A stretch of 64,000 nt of DNA from an uncultured Bdellovibrionales bacterium (GTDB lineage: Bacteria; Patescibacteriota; Minisyncoccia; Moranbacterales; UBA1568), in assembly GCA_964436855.1 (NCBI GenBank), contig CAYTED010000001.1, positions 21-64,020 on the forward strand. The letters are read 5' to 3'. Shown one piece after another: positions 36,965-45,605 of this stretch. The first letter of the stretch is position 1. Each line of letters begins with the position of its first letter. The notes beneath the pieces are model-generated. The model saw only the letters and a list, made by a program, of their open reading frames with translations, did not search any database and was not told where the DNA came from. Made by a program: the position numbers and the translations under genes.

Positions 36965-37402
36965 TCACTCGAGGCCGAGGAAGATGCGCATCATCTCGGG
37001 CGAAAGCGTGCCTTTGCTTTTTTCTGCAAGCTCAAGAAGCGCACTGAGTTGCCCTTCGTTCAGAGGACGTTGAGCGGTCTCTTCGCTCAAAAAAAACTCA
37101 ATGACCGGTCGATACCTACGATCAAGCAGCAAGGGCGCCAGCGAATGATAATCGCTCTGCGCGCCAAGCAGGAATTTTCTTAAACTGGCCACTTGATTGG
37201 GATGTGGAATATTCTTCCCACCCGTCCAGCGATCAATCGTTGCCCGACTTGCAATATCTGAACGAACAACATCCATCTTGGTTTTTCCAGCAGCCTCAAT
37301 AACTGCCGACAGCAACCGACCCATCTCTTTTTTCTGCGCAGGGTCAGTACGAGCTAAATCCACCGCTCGCTTAAACTGCTCAAACGCTTCTTTCGCGTCC
37401 AT
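36965..37402 (-). CDS. Hypothetical protein with possible XRE-like HTH
   Basis: ASRATIDRWTGGKNIPH segment; SD GAGGAG. Confidence 0.6.
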   Translation of the reverse strand: MDAKEAFEQFKRAVDLARTDPAQKKEMGRLLSAVIEAAGKTKMDVVRSDIASRATIDRWTGGKNIPHPNQVASLRKFLLGAQSDYHSLAPLLLDRRYRPVIEFFLSEETAQRPLNEGQLSALLELAEKSKGTLSPEMMRIFLGLE

Positions 37403-37444
37403 TGCTATCTCCTCATAAAAGCTGTTATTGGGAAAAAACCGTCG

Positions 37445-37479
37445 CATTCATTCCGTTCTGAATTAGGACACTCTGTGTC
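37445..37479 (-). repeat. 35-bp leader element, identical to 1..35
   Basis: Exact match; part of a GGCACTCTG-aca-CAGAGTGTC hairpin downstream of TTGACG-17-TATTAT. Confidence 0.9.
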
Positions 37480-37512
37480 AGAGTGCCAGTAAAGAATAAT
37501 ATAACGGATTTA

Positions 37513-38898
37513 CTATTCCGTCAATGGCTTTCGAGAAACAAGGGCTAAAAGGAGAAAGAAAAACAGAAGCCCGAAATGCGAAGTCCACAGCCAATGATCA
37601 AGAAGAAGACTCGGGATGATCGCAATAAGAATTGCGGATTGATGATTTTTGATTTTTCCCTCCAATAGGGCGGGCAGGGATTTTAGAATAGGAAGTAGAG
37701 CAGACACAAGAAATCCTATAAGCAACATGAGTCCAACAATCCCCAGCTCCGACCAAACAAGAAGAAAGACATTGTGTGTCGGTTGAATACTCCATACCGG
37801 ACGATCCGGTTCCTGCTTAATGATCTCTGCCGTGAAATTCCCCGCACCAACTCCAATCAAAGAATGTTCACCAATCAACGTTCGTGCATCCTGAAGCGAT
37901 ACAACGCGCTCTGAGACCGACCCTTCACGTTCGATTGTCGCTCTGTCAAAACGAGGAAAGATCTGTTCATGAAGTATAATACCGAACACGGCGACTGCTA
38001 CGCTCAATGTTCCAAATATCTGGTATAAGGTAAATGATTTTTGATCTTTGATTTTTGATTTTTGATAGACGATCATTCCGATTCCCATCACCACTCCGAA
38101 CCATGCCACCCGTGAAAATGTCAGAATGAGACCAAGGAGGATAATTATTGTACCCACTAAAAAAAGTACACCTCCTCCCCTTTCCAAGGGGAGGATCGAG
38201 GAGGGGTTGTGATCCTCTTTCAAAACCTCCCCCTGCCCCCTCCCTAGAAAGGAGGGGTGGAGAGAGAGAAACCCCATGACCAACACCAAAATCATTCCAA
38301 GAAACCCTCCCAAAATATTCGGATGCGGAAAGGTCCCATACGCACGCAACCATCGCTCATGATCAATTTTCAGAACAGATGTTCCTGCCTGTGACACCTC
38401 ATGCATACTCATGCCAAGAAGCGAAGAGCTGATGGATTGTTGCGAGACAAATTGCATGATGCCAATCCCGCTCTGTATCACGCCAGCAGCAAGTAAAACA
38501 AACACGACTTTCTTCATATCAATCTCCATCCCTCGCACCACAAAAAACAATCCCCCAGCAAAGAGTAATTTCACAAAAAAATACAAAGCGAGCATCTGAT
38601 CCCCTGCCCAGAAAATTGATGCCCCAGTCCATACTATGAAAAGCAATAACATCAATGTTGTCATTCCGACCGAGTCTCCGAGTGGAGGAATCTTGATTCC
38701 AGATTCTTGATTCCAGATTCTTTCTTTTATTGTACGAAATAATACTAAGGCAAATATCAGCAATAAAAGTATATCGGTACCATATAAAGCGACAACTCCA
38801 TACTCCCACTTCACTCCCCCAATGAAAGGCTCACGTAAAAAATACACCGTCTGAATCGGAAGGAGAAAGAGAAAAAAAAGAAAGAATTTATCCAACAT
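37513..38898 (-). CDS. O-antigen ligase family protein carrying in-frame repeat insertions
   Basis: RAYGTFPHPNILGG, TFSRVAW, GVGAGNF, QPTHNVFL..SELG, LLDHW. Confidence 0.88.
   Translation of the reverse strand: MLDKFFLFFLFLLPIQTVYFLREPFIGGVKWEYGVVALYGTDILLLLIFALVLFRTIKERIWNQESGIKIPPLGDSVGMTTLMLLLFIVWTGASIFWAGDQMLALYFFVKLLFAGGLFFVVRGMEIDMKKVVFVLLAAGVIQSGIGIMQFVSQQSISSSLLGMSMHEVSQAGTSVLKIDHERWLRAYGTFPHPNILGGFLGMILVLVMGFLSLHPSFLGRGQGEVLKEDHNPSSILPLERGGGVLFLVGTIIILLGLILTFSRVAWFGVVMGIGMIVYQKSKIKDQKSFTLYQIFGTLSVAVAVFGIILHEQIFPRFDRATIEREGSVSERVVSLQDARTLIGEHSLIGVGAGNFTAEIIKQEPDRPVWSIQPTHNVFLLVWSELGIVGLMLLIGFLVSALLPILKSLPALLEGKIKNHQSAILIAIIPSLLLDHWLWTSHFGLLFFFLLLALVSRKPLTE
38173..38257. repeat. Inverted pair of DUF559-type REP-like palindromes, in frame within the CDS
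   Basis: TCCTCCCCTTTCCAAGGGGAGGA-tcgaggaggggtt ... aacctccccctg-CCCCCTCCCTAGAAAGGAGGGG. Confidence 0.85.
38659..38693 (+). repeat. GTCAT-type REP-like element, in frame within the CDS
   Basis: TGTCATTCCGACCGAGTCTCCGAGTGGAGGAATCT, similar to the 52874 and 63596 copies. Confidence 0.8.
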
Positions 38899-38970
38899 AA
38901 AACACCCGAATTATACCCAAAAAAGGCATTAAATGCTATCATTTCGCTATACGAATTTTGATTTATCGCC

Positions 38971-39567
38971 ATGCAATTCATCACCTTTTCGGGAGTCGAC
39001 GGAAGCGGAAAATCCACCCAACTCGAACTCCTGCAAAACAAACTCGAACAAGAAGGAAAGAAAGTCGCCTATTTTCACGCGATTGAGTTTTCGCTTGCAA
39101 ATAAACTCTCAAGAAATAAAAAGGTTGGAGATCAAGGAACTGGAAAATCAGTAACATCTGCATCTTTCCCTAGTATTTTATTGCGAAAAATCTTTCTCAT
39201 CATCGACCTCATCCGATTCCGGTTCTATTTCGCCAAACTACAAAAAGAGAATTACGATTATCTCCTTTCTGATCGATATTTCTTCGACACCGTCATCAAC
39301 ATTGAGTACCTACAAAAAAAGAATCTTTCTTTCATATTCAATATTCTTTATTCAATATTCTTTATTCATCCTCAAAAAGCTTTCTCCTTCGACGCCAATA
39401 CCGAAGCCATCATGTCCCGCGACCGAACACCCGAGCAAGGTATCGAATACCTCCGCGCGAAACAAGAACTCTTCAAACAGAAAATCAAGAATTGGAATAT
39501 GATCGAAATCAATGCGAACAGAGACAAAGAAAGTATTTTTCAAGAAATAAAAAATCTCGCAAGCTAG
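38971..39567 (+). CDS. Thymidylate kinase-like P-loop kinase
   Basis: FSGVDGSGKSTQ, SDRYFFD. Confidence 0.82.
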   Translation: MQFITFSGVDGSGKSTQLELLQNKLEQEGKKVAYFHAIEFSLANKLSRNKKVGDQGTGKSVTSASFPSILLRKIFLIIDLIRFRFYFAKLQKENYDYLLSDRYFFDTVINIEYLQKKNLSFIFNILYSIFFIHPQKAFSFDANTEAIMSRDRTPEQGIEYLRAKQELFKQKIKNWNMIEINANRDKESIFQEIKNLAS

Positions 39568-39570
39568 CCC

Positions 39571-39604
39571 CCCTCCCCTTTCCAAGGGGAGGGCAGGGAG
39601 AGGT
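39571..39604 (+). repeat. REP-like palindrome, left flank of the DUF559 gene
   Basis: CCCTCCCCTT-TCC-AAGGGGAGGG-cagggagaggt. Confidence 0.88.
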
Positions 39605-39610
39605 ATAAAA

Positions 39611-39955
39611 ATGTATACCTTCAACCACATATCAACAATAGGCGCACGAAAAAATCTGCGAAAAAAATCAACACCTCAGGAAATAATTCTCTGGTCAAGA
39701 CTCAGAAAAAAAGCTCTTGGGTATAGATTTCGCAGACAACATGCCATGGGATCATATATTGTCGACTTCTGCTGCACAGAGAAGAAAATCATCATAGAAA
39801 TCGATGTATGGCAACACAAAGAAAATACCTCTTACGACTCAGATCGAACCACATACGTTCAAAACTTCGGCTACACAGTACTGCGCTTCTGGAATAATGA
39901 TATCAATGATAATCTGATAGGGGTCATCATGAAGATTGAAGAACATCTGAAGTAA
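39611..39955 (+). CDS. DUF559 (Vsr-like) endonuclease domain protein
   Basis: LRKKSTPQE..LW, FRRQH, YIVDFCC, IIEID..QH, YD..R, LRFWNND. Confidence 0.9.
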   Translation: MYTFNHISTIGARKNLRKKSTPQEIILWSRLRKKALGYRFRRQHAMGSYIVDFCCTEKKIIIEIDVWQHKENTSYDSDRTTYVQNFGYTVLRFWNNDINDNLIGVIMKIEEHLK

Positions 39956-39961
39956 ACCGAT

Positions 39962-39994
39962 ACCTCCCCCTGCCCCCTCCTTGGCAAGGAGGGG
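39962..39994 (-). repeat. REP-like palindrome, right flank of the DUF559 gene (inverted)
   Basis: acctccccctg-CCCCCTCCTT-GGC-AAGGAGGGG. Confidence 0.88.
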
Positions 39995-40016
39995 TGAAGA
40001 TACCACCACAACACCT

Positions 40017-41495
40017 ATGAAAAAATTCTCCTCGGCACTCATCTGGCTCACGATGTCGGAAATCATCTTCAATATCGCCGGATACATCATCCATTCCTCG
40101 GTCGGTCGCATCCTTGGTCCGGCGGATTACGGTCGATTTAGTATTATTGTAACGCTTACGACGATGGTCATTATCCTCATCGGGAATGGCATCCCGACCG
40201 CCATGTCCAAATACCTCGCTGAAATATTCGAAAGCGCACCTGAAAAAATTACAGGCATCAAACACAAAGCCATGCGTCTTCAGGCCATGCTCATGCTCGG
40301 AGTGACAGCTCTTTTCTTTTTCTCATCTCCACTTCTTGCCTGGGCACTTCACGATGCCACGCTCACCCCTCTCTTTCAGCTCTCAAGCCTCATCATCCCG
40401 TCCTTCGCCGTTGCATCGTTTTACTTCTACTACTACACCGGCCTTCATTTCTTTCGCCTTCAAGCCTTCCTCAAGACCATGCGCGCCCTTGGTCGCATCA
40501 TCTTCATCATTTCCTTTGCATACTTCTTCGGCGTACAAGGAGCAGTCTCCGGGTACATCGCCGCGCCACTGTTTGTTTTCGCTATCGCTCTCCTGTGCGA
40601 CACCTTCATCACGCACAAATATTTCCCGGCAACCAAGCAAGCAAAAAATCAAACCGTCGATTTTTCAGGGAAAACTCTCCTCGCCTATGCCTGGCCGCTT
40701 ACTCTCTTTCTTCTTTTTTATGAATTCATCCTCACACTCGATCTCTATTTCGTAAAAAGTCTCCTCCAAAGCGATTATCTGACCGGCATCTACAATGCCG
40801 CCATTACAGTTGGTCGTATCCCCTACTATCTCTTTTATGCACTCACTATCATACTCCTCCCCGCAATCTCCAAGACAACTGCCGAGCGAAACACCGAAGA
40901 AACCGAAAGCCTCGTAAACAAATCTCTCCGCCTCATGACCCTTCTTCTTTTTCCGATTATTACGCTCATGATCGCCTATTCCACACAAATCCTCAATCTT
41001 TTTTATGGCGCAAAATATCTCGATGCCGCAGCGCCGATGAACATCTTCACCATCGGCGTCGGATTTCTTACCGTTTTTTATGTCCTCTCTTTTGCCCTCA
41101 ATGGCGCGAATCTCGTAAAGATACCGATGAAACTTTCCTTTTTCGGTTTTCTTGGCATGATCATCCTCAATTTCCTTCTCATTCCGAAATACGAGCTCAT
41201 TGGCGCCGCCCTTTCAACAACGATTACCTCTCTTGTCCTTATGATTGCAATCCTCATTGCAACCGAGAAACACTTCAGCGTAAAGCTTCCCATCAAAACC
41301 ATCGTCCTCTCACTTATAAGCGCAGTTATTATTACAGCTCTTGCAAAATTCCTTCCCTATGGAATGATATCGTTCATTGTTTCCGGGACAGCGCTCTTCA
41401 TCCTTTACTTCATCCTCCTGAAGCTTTTCGGCGAACTAAAGCCATCCGACTGGGCTCCGTTTTCCAAACTCTTCAGAAAAAAATCCACCTCTTAG
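40017..41495 (+). CDS. Wzx-type oligosaccharide flippase
   Basis: RILGPADYG, GIYNAA, LLPAIS, LNFLLIPKY..IGAA; about 14 TM. Confidence 0.92.
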   Translation: MKKFSSALIWLTMSEIIFNIAGYIIHSSVGRILGPADYGRFSIIVTLTTMVIILIGNGIPTAMSKYLAEIFESAPEKITGIKHKAMRLQAMLMLGVTALFFFSSPLLAWALHDATLTPLFQLSSLIIPSFAVASFYFYYYTGLHFFRLQAFLKTMRALGRIIFIISFAYFFGVQGAVSGYIAAPLFVFAIALLCDTFITHKYFPATKQAKNQTVDFSGKTLLAYAWPLTLFLLFYEFILTLDLYFVKSLLQSDYLTGIYNAAITVGRIPYYLFYALTIILLPAISKTTAERNTEETESLVNKSLRLMTLLLFPIITLMIAYSTQILNLFYGAKYLDAAAPMNIFTIGVGFLTVFYVLSFALNGANLVKIPMKLSFFGFLGMIILNFLLIPKYELIGAALSTTITSLVLMIAILIATEKHFSVKLPIKTIVLSLISAVIITALAKFLPYGMISFIVSGTALFILYFILLKLFGELKPSDWAPFSKLFRKKSTS

Positions 41496-41655
41496 AGCCT
41501 GTTGGAAAAGTCTCTTTCGTCGCGAAATTCCAGTTTTTTGAGCGAAAAAGATGAAGAGCGAGGAAGGCTATCAAGTCGATAACCTGACGAGCTGTGAATC
41601 TTTTGCAGCCAAAAAACTGGAATTGCAGCAGAATACGGACTTTTTCAACAGGCTC
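41495..41655. mobile_element. 161-bp MITE with TTA target duplication (IS5/IS1031-like ends)
   Basis: TIRs GAGCCTGTTGGAAAAGTC / GACTTTTTCAACAGGCTC flanked by TTA on both sides; internal IR AATTCCAGTTTTTTG/CAAAAAACTGGAATT. Confidence 0.75.
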
Positions 41656-41744
41656 TTAGAACCTCTTGACTATTTCTTCACAGCACTCACAAAAAAGAGT
41701 AGTCTGACATCAACGTTCCCGACGACCCTTACAAGGAGGTCTTT

Positions 41745-42128
41745 ATGAGCGCGTTCTTTCCGGCGTATGCGCAGCAAATGTTCCTCGCTGCGGCATACAC
41801 CCCGGTGCTTTTCTGTGTCGTTCCGACACTCGATGGCATCGCAATCTTCTGGCACACTATTGCGAAAACCTTCGAAAAAGAAGATGATCTGTCAATCGAC
41901 CCGTACCTCCTCGCCGCAAACCTGATCCAATACTGGATTGCAGCGAAAAACTTTCCCGAGGCTCCGATAGCACAAACACCGTGCTTGTCGTACGAGAGAG
42001 ATTGCGGGAAAGCCACTCGGAAACTCCTCACGGATCGTCCGTATCTCCTAAAATACTGGGAGACAGATCCGGTGCAAGTAATGAATGAAATCCAACGCCT
42101 TTTGGGACGACAATGTCCCTGTGTCTAA
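41745..42128 (+). CDS. Hypothetical protein
   Basis: Strong SD AAGGAGGT and downstream terminator. Confidence 0.65.
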   Translation: MSAFFPAYAQQMFLAAAYTPVLFCVVPTLDGIAIFWHTIAKTFEKEDDLSIDPYLLAANLIQYWIAAKNFPEAPIAQTPCLSYERDCGKATRKLLTDRPYLLKYWETDPVQVMNEIQRLLGRQCPCV

Positions 42129-42149
42129 CAACGAAAGATACAAAGACAC

Positions 42150-42179
42150 AAACCCTGTCCGCGCACAGGGCTTCTTTTT
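42150..42179 (+). terminator. Intrinsic terminator
   Basis: CCCTGT..ACAGGG followed by a T-rich tract. Confidence 0.6.
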
Positions 42180-42197
42180 GTCATAATATTGAATTCT

Positions 42198-43724
42198 TCA
42201 CACTCCCCACCGATACACAAACATCGCGCCGCGGACACTCTCATTACTCACACGCGTAAGATTTTTTTCAAAATATGTTTTCAAATCTTTCGAGATATAA
42301 TCGCTCATATCATTATCCGACAAAATAACCCATCCGGTCGGATGCACCTCTTGAATCAAAAGAAACTCATTCACCGTCATTCGGTGTCGATCGATCTCAT
42401 CGCCCAAATCAAACACCCTCACCTTCGCGCCGGAGAAATAATAATTTCGGAAATTTCGCGTGATCAGCGCATCCGTCGGCAATTGCTCTTTCTTCAAAAA
42501 AGTAAATACCTTTCGATAATTCGGATTACTTCCCGACGATGTCTCGTGGTAAGTATTATTCTCCTCGAAAAAATACCCGTAATTCGGCAGAAGAAGAAGC
42601 AGTGCCGCAAGCGCCGCCAGCATCCCTCGCTTCCCCCATTCCGGAAATTTTTCTCGTACCACATTCCACAGACGATACATCCCGACCGCGGCAAGCATCA
42701 TACCGAATGACTGCGCAAAGAAAATATACTGCGGCCCGGCATTCCGCCGGAAAAACCAAATCGCAAGCGCGAGCGGTACGAGAAACGACACTGAAAGATA
42801 CAAAGCAGCTGAAAATCGTTTCTCTCGAAACAGAGCAATCATTCCCAAAACAATCATCCCAACGCCAAAAAGCGGATGCCAGAAATCCCGCAGCATATAT
42901 CCGACATACGAATAGTGATCGTCAAAAAATATGAGTCCCGCCGTGAACGATTGAACAAATTTCGGCGCAATAAAAGAGAACACGCCCGCACCGATTATGC
43001 CAAGCGCGAGAAAACCGAAATATTTATTTTTCCATCGGTGCTCCGCTCGATACACAGAAAAACCAGCAAGAAAAAGATATACCGCACAAGAAAAAACGAT
43101 CACGGCTGTTAATTGGTGGGTCGCAAGCGAAAGAATACCCAAAAAAAGCGCTGGAACAATACAATACCCATTCACACCAACTTTCTCCCAAAGCATTCGG
43201 AGAAGCATATTTTTTCCCCGATACGCGTATTCAAGAAGAAGATATACAGTAGTCGCTAATGCAAGATATACCGGAAAAAACATCGCATACATTCGAATAT
43301 GCCGGTCGAACTCTATACCAGACACACTCACCGCAAAGAGAAATGCCGCGAATAATCCAATTTCCTTTTTCCCAGTAAAAACCAGAGTTGCCCAAAAAAG
43401 AACCAACAACGAAACTGTTCCCCAAAGGACGCTCATTGCTCGCGCTGTCGTTTCGGTTGGCGGAAAAAAACGAAAGAGTTGCGCCACCTGCCACTTGTAC
43501 ACATTCGCTCTCTCGTCCCGCGCCTCGTTTACATTCACTTCACTCGGCTTCCCGTAATTAAAGTCCCATGCTCTCCATTCGCCCGTCTTAAAGTACCCGT
43601 ATGAAGAATTCACATCAAGAAATTCATCCGACACAAACGAATTGTTCCCAAGGTCATATCCTCGCAAACCCATTCCCAAAACGACAATACCCGCCAATAC
43701 CCACCACGTTTTTTTCCAGCTCAT
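42198..43724 (-). CDS. ArnT/PMT-like (GT39/GT83) GT-C glycosyltransferase
   Basis: LR..DLG..SFVSDE, ARAMS..G, RMYA; many TM. Confidence 0.82.
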   Translation of the reverse strand: MSWKKTWWVLAGIVVLGMGLRGYDLGNNSFVSDEFLDVNSSYGYFKTGEWRAWDFNYGKPSEVNVNEARDERANVYKWQVAQLFRFFPPTETTARAMSVLWGTVSLLVLFWATLVFTGKKEIGLFAAFLFAVSVSGIEFDRHIRMYAMFFPVYLALATTVYLLLEYAYRGKNMLLRMLWEKVGVNGYCIVPALFLGILSLATHQLTAVIVFSCAVYLFLAGFSVYRAEHRWKNKYFGFLALGIIGAGVFSFIAPKFVQSFTAGLIFFDDHYSYVGYMLRDFWHPLFGVGMIVLGMIALFREKRFSAALYLSVSFLVPLALAIWFFRRNAGPQYIFFAQSFGMMLAAVGMYRLWNVVREKFPEWGKRGMLAALAALLLLLPNYGYFFEENNTYHETSSGSNPNYRKVFTFLKKEQLPTDALITRNFRNYYFSGAKVRVFDLGDEIDRHRMTVNEFLLIQEVHPTGWVILSDNDMSDYISKDLKTYFEKNLTRVSNESVRGAMFVYRWGV

Positions 43725-43743
43725 AGCTTTTCAATTCATCAAC

Positions 43744-45510
43744 TTATTCGCTCTCATCTTCCGTTTGTGCGCCCTGTCGGAGGAAAAACTCCCTCCACGT
43801 GTAACGAGGATTCTTGTCATTTGAATCGGTTCCCGGAATATTTGGTCCAAATATCTGTCGCTCCGGAATATCTAGATCTTTCTTCGGCGAAAATTCTATG
43901 ACCACCAATGTCCCAAACTTTACTTCGCGGACCATATCGTAGGTCGCAAGGTATTTCTTGATTGCATCGTTATGATCCGACTTGGTCCGAATAATAAGAT
44001 AATAGAGCCCTTCGCGATACACCCCGCTCAATCCGAGCACATCATTTTCCAATCCCCGTCGTTCGAGAAGATATTTGAGCGCGCGCCTGTGCTGCGGTTC
44101 CGAATACATATATATCGGGTATCCGCCCATACGCTTTGATTCAGATTCCATAAAATCAAGAATCTGATTTTGTTGTTCAAGCGTCACCCGAATCCGTTCC
44201 TTGAGAATCCGATCCGGGACATTCCGTACCGATTTCACTCCGGCGTGAGCGAGTTCGTCAAATCGGTGCGACAAAAACCAAAGATTTCCAAAAATAAGCA
44301 AACATACGAGTACGATACCAAGCCGATACCCCACATTCCCGCGCCGCATCGTATGCCGAAGCGACTCCACAAAAAGCCCGAGCAGAAGAAACGGGAGCGG
44401 CGCCACCAAAAGAAAAAACCTTGGTGCAATCGACGTCGCAATCGGAAGAAAGAGAAGGAAAGACACCGAGAACCACAAACCGCAGAGAAGAAGCGCGTCC
44501 GATTGTTTCCGAGACTCCGATCCGCGAACATACTTCCACGCACCGTACACAATCGCACACACTACGCCACACATAAGAAAAACGGTTGGAATCGTTCCGC
44601 GCTTGCACCCGCTATCGCAAACAAACGCCAGTTCATCACCAATCACACGTTGCCACTCCGGAAATGCCCCACCCTCATATCCCGAAAGCACCACAAGATA
44701 CCCGAGAGCATTCTCGCTTATATTTTTATATCCTTTATAGAAAATCGAATGCTCACTCTCGCTTTTTTTCGTTACCGCCTTCAGAAACTCCTCCGCATTT
44801 CGCCCGCCGGTCGCGATATCGTTCAGGATAACGGGAGTATAGAGAAAAATCACCATTCCAATGGCCGAAACCCACCCTTTCCAAGAAATTCTCGGCCGAC
44901 GAAAAAGAAGAAAAGCGCCCGCAATAACTGGCAGCGCGACAAAGGCGAGAAAATGCAACTGTGTTGCGAGAGTAAGCCCGAATGCGGAAACCGAAAGCCA
45001 GAACCCTTTTTTCATTTCTTCCCGATCAACCGCGCGGAGAAGCGCATACATCCCGAGAAGAACGAAAAATGGAATCGGGTTCGGATTCCACGCGAACCGA
45101 CCGTAGAGCACAAGAAAGGTCGACGACGCAAAAAGAAGCGTGAGTACCACAGAAGGTTTATCCGAAAATAATCGTCGGGCAAACAGAAAAAAAATCGGAA
45201 TCGACGCGACAGACAAGAGCATGACAATCACAGCGATTCCCGACGGTGTCGCCCCAAAGAGAAGTGCGCTCACGTATTGGAAATAATAAAACACCGGACC
45301 GAGTCGAAGCGGTGTCCCTCCCGCCTTTGGACCCTGAAGAGGGAGATCGAAGAAATCGCCATTCACTGCGCGATCGATCACTCGCGCATCCCGCGCCTGA
45401 TCAAGCTCAAAATGCAGCCAATCCGAAAAATGATAGACTCGAAGCAAAAAACCGAATATTGTAATAGCGGCTATCAGCAAAACAACCTGCTTCCGAGAGA
45501 GCGAAGCCAT
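43744..45510 (-). CDS. ArnT/PMT-like GT-C glycosyltransferase
   Basis: LLRVY..DQARD, LGPVFYY, RFAWNPN, QLH. Confidence 0.82.
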   Translation of the reverse strand: MASLSRKQVVLLIAAITIFGFLLRVYHFSDWLHFELDQARDARVIDRAVNGDFFDLPLQGPKAGGTPLRLGPVFYYFQYVSALLFGATPSGIAVIVMLLSVASIPIFFLFARRLFSDKPSVVLTLLFASSTFLVLYGRFAWNPNPIPFFVLLGMYALLRAVDREEMKKGFWLSVSAFGLTLATQLHFLAFVALPVIAGAFLLFRRPRISWKGWVSAIGMVIFLYTPVILNDIATGGRNAEEFLKAVTKKSESEHSIFYKGYKNISENALGYLVVLSGYEGGAFPEWQRVIGDELAFVCDSGCKRGTIPTVFLMCGVVCAIVYGAWKYVRGSESRKQSDALLLCGLWFSVSFLLFLPIATSIAPRFFLLVAPLPFLLLGLFVESLRHTMRRGNVGYRLGIVLVCLLIFGNLWFLSHRFDELAHAGVKSVRNVPDRILKERIRVTLEQQNQILDFMESESKRMGGYPIYMYSEPQHRRALKYLLERRGLENDVLGLSGVYREGLYYLIIRTKSDHNDAIKKYLATYDMVREVKFGTLVVIEFSPKKDLDIPERQIFGPNIPGTDSNDKNPRYTWREFFLRQGAQTEDESE

Positions 45511-45605
45511 AATTCCCTTTTTCTTCTTTTTACGCTAAAATAAGCTCACAAAGATATTTTCTCTAATCAGTATACGACCTCTCGCACCGAGAGGCAATAA
45601 GAGTT

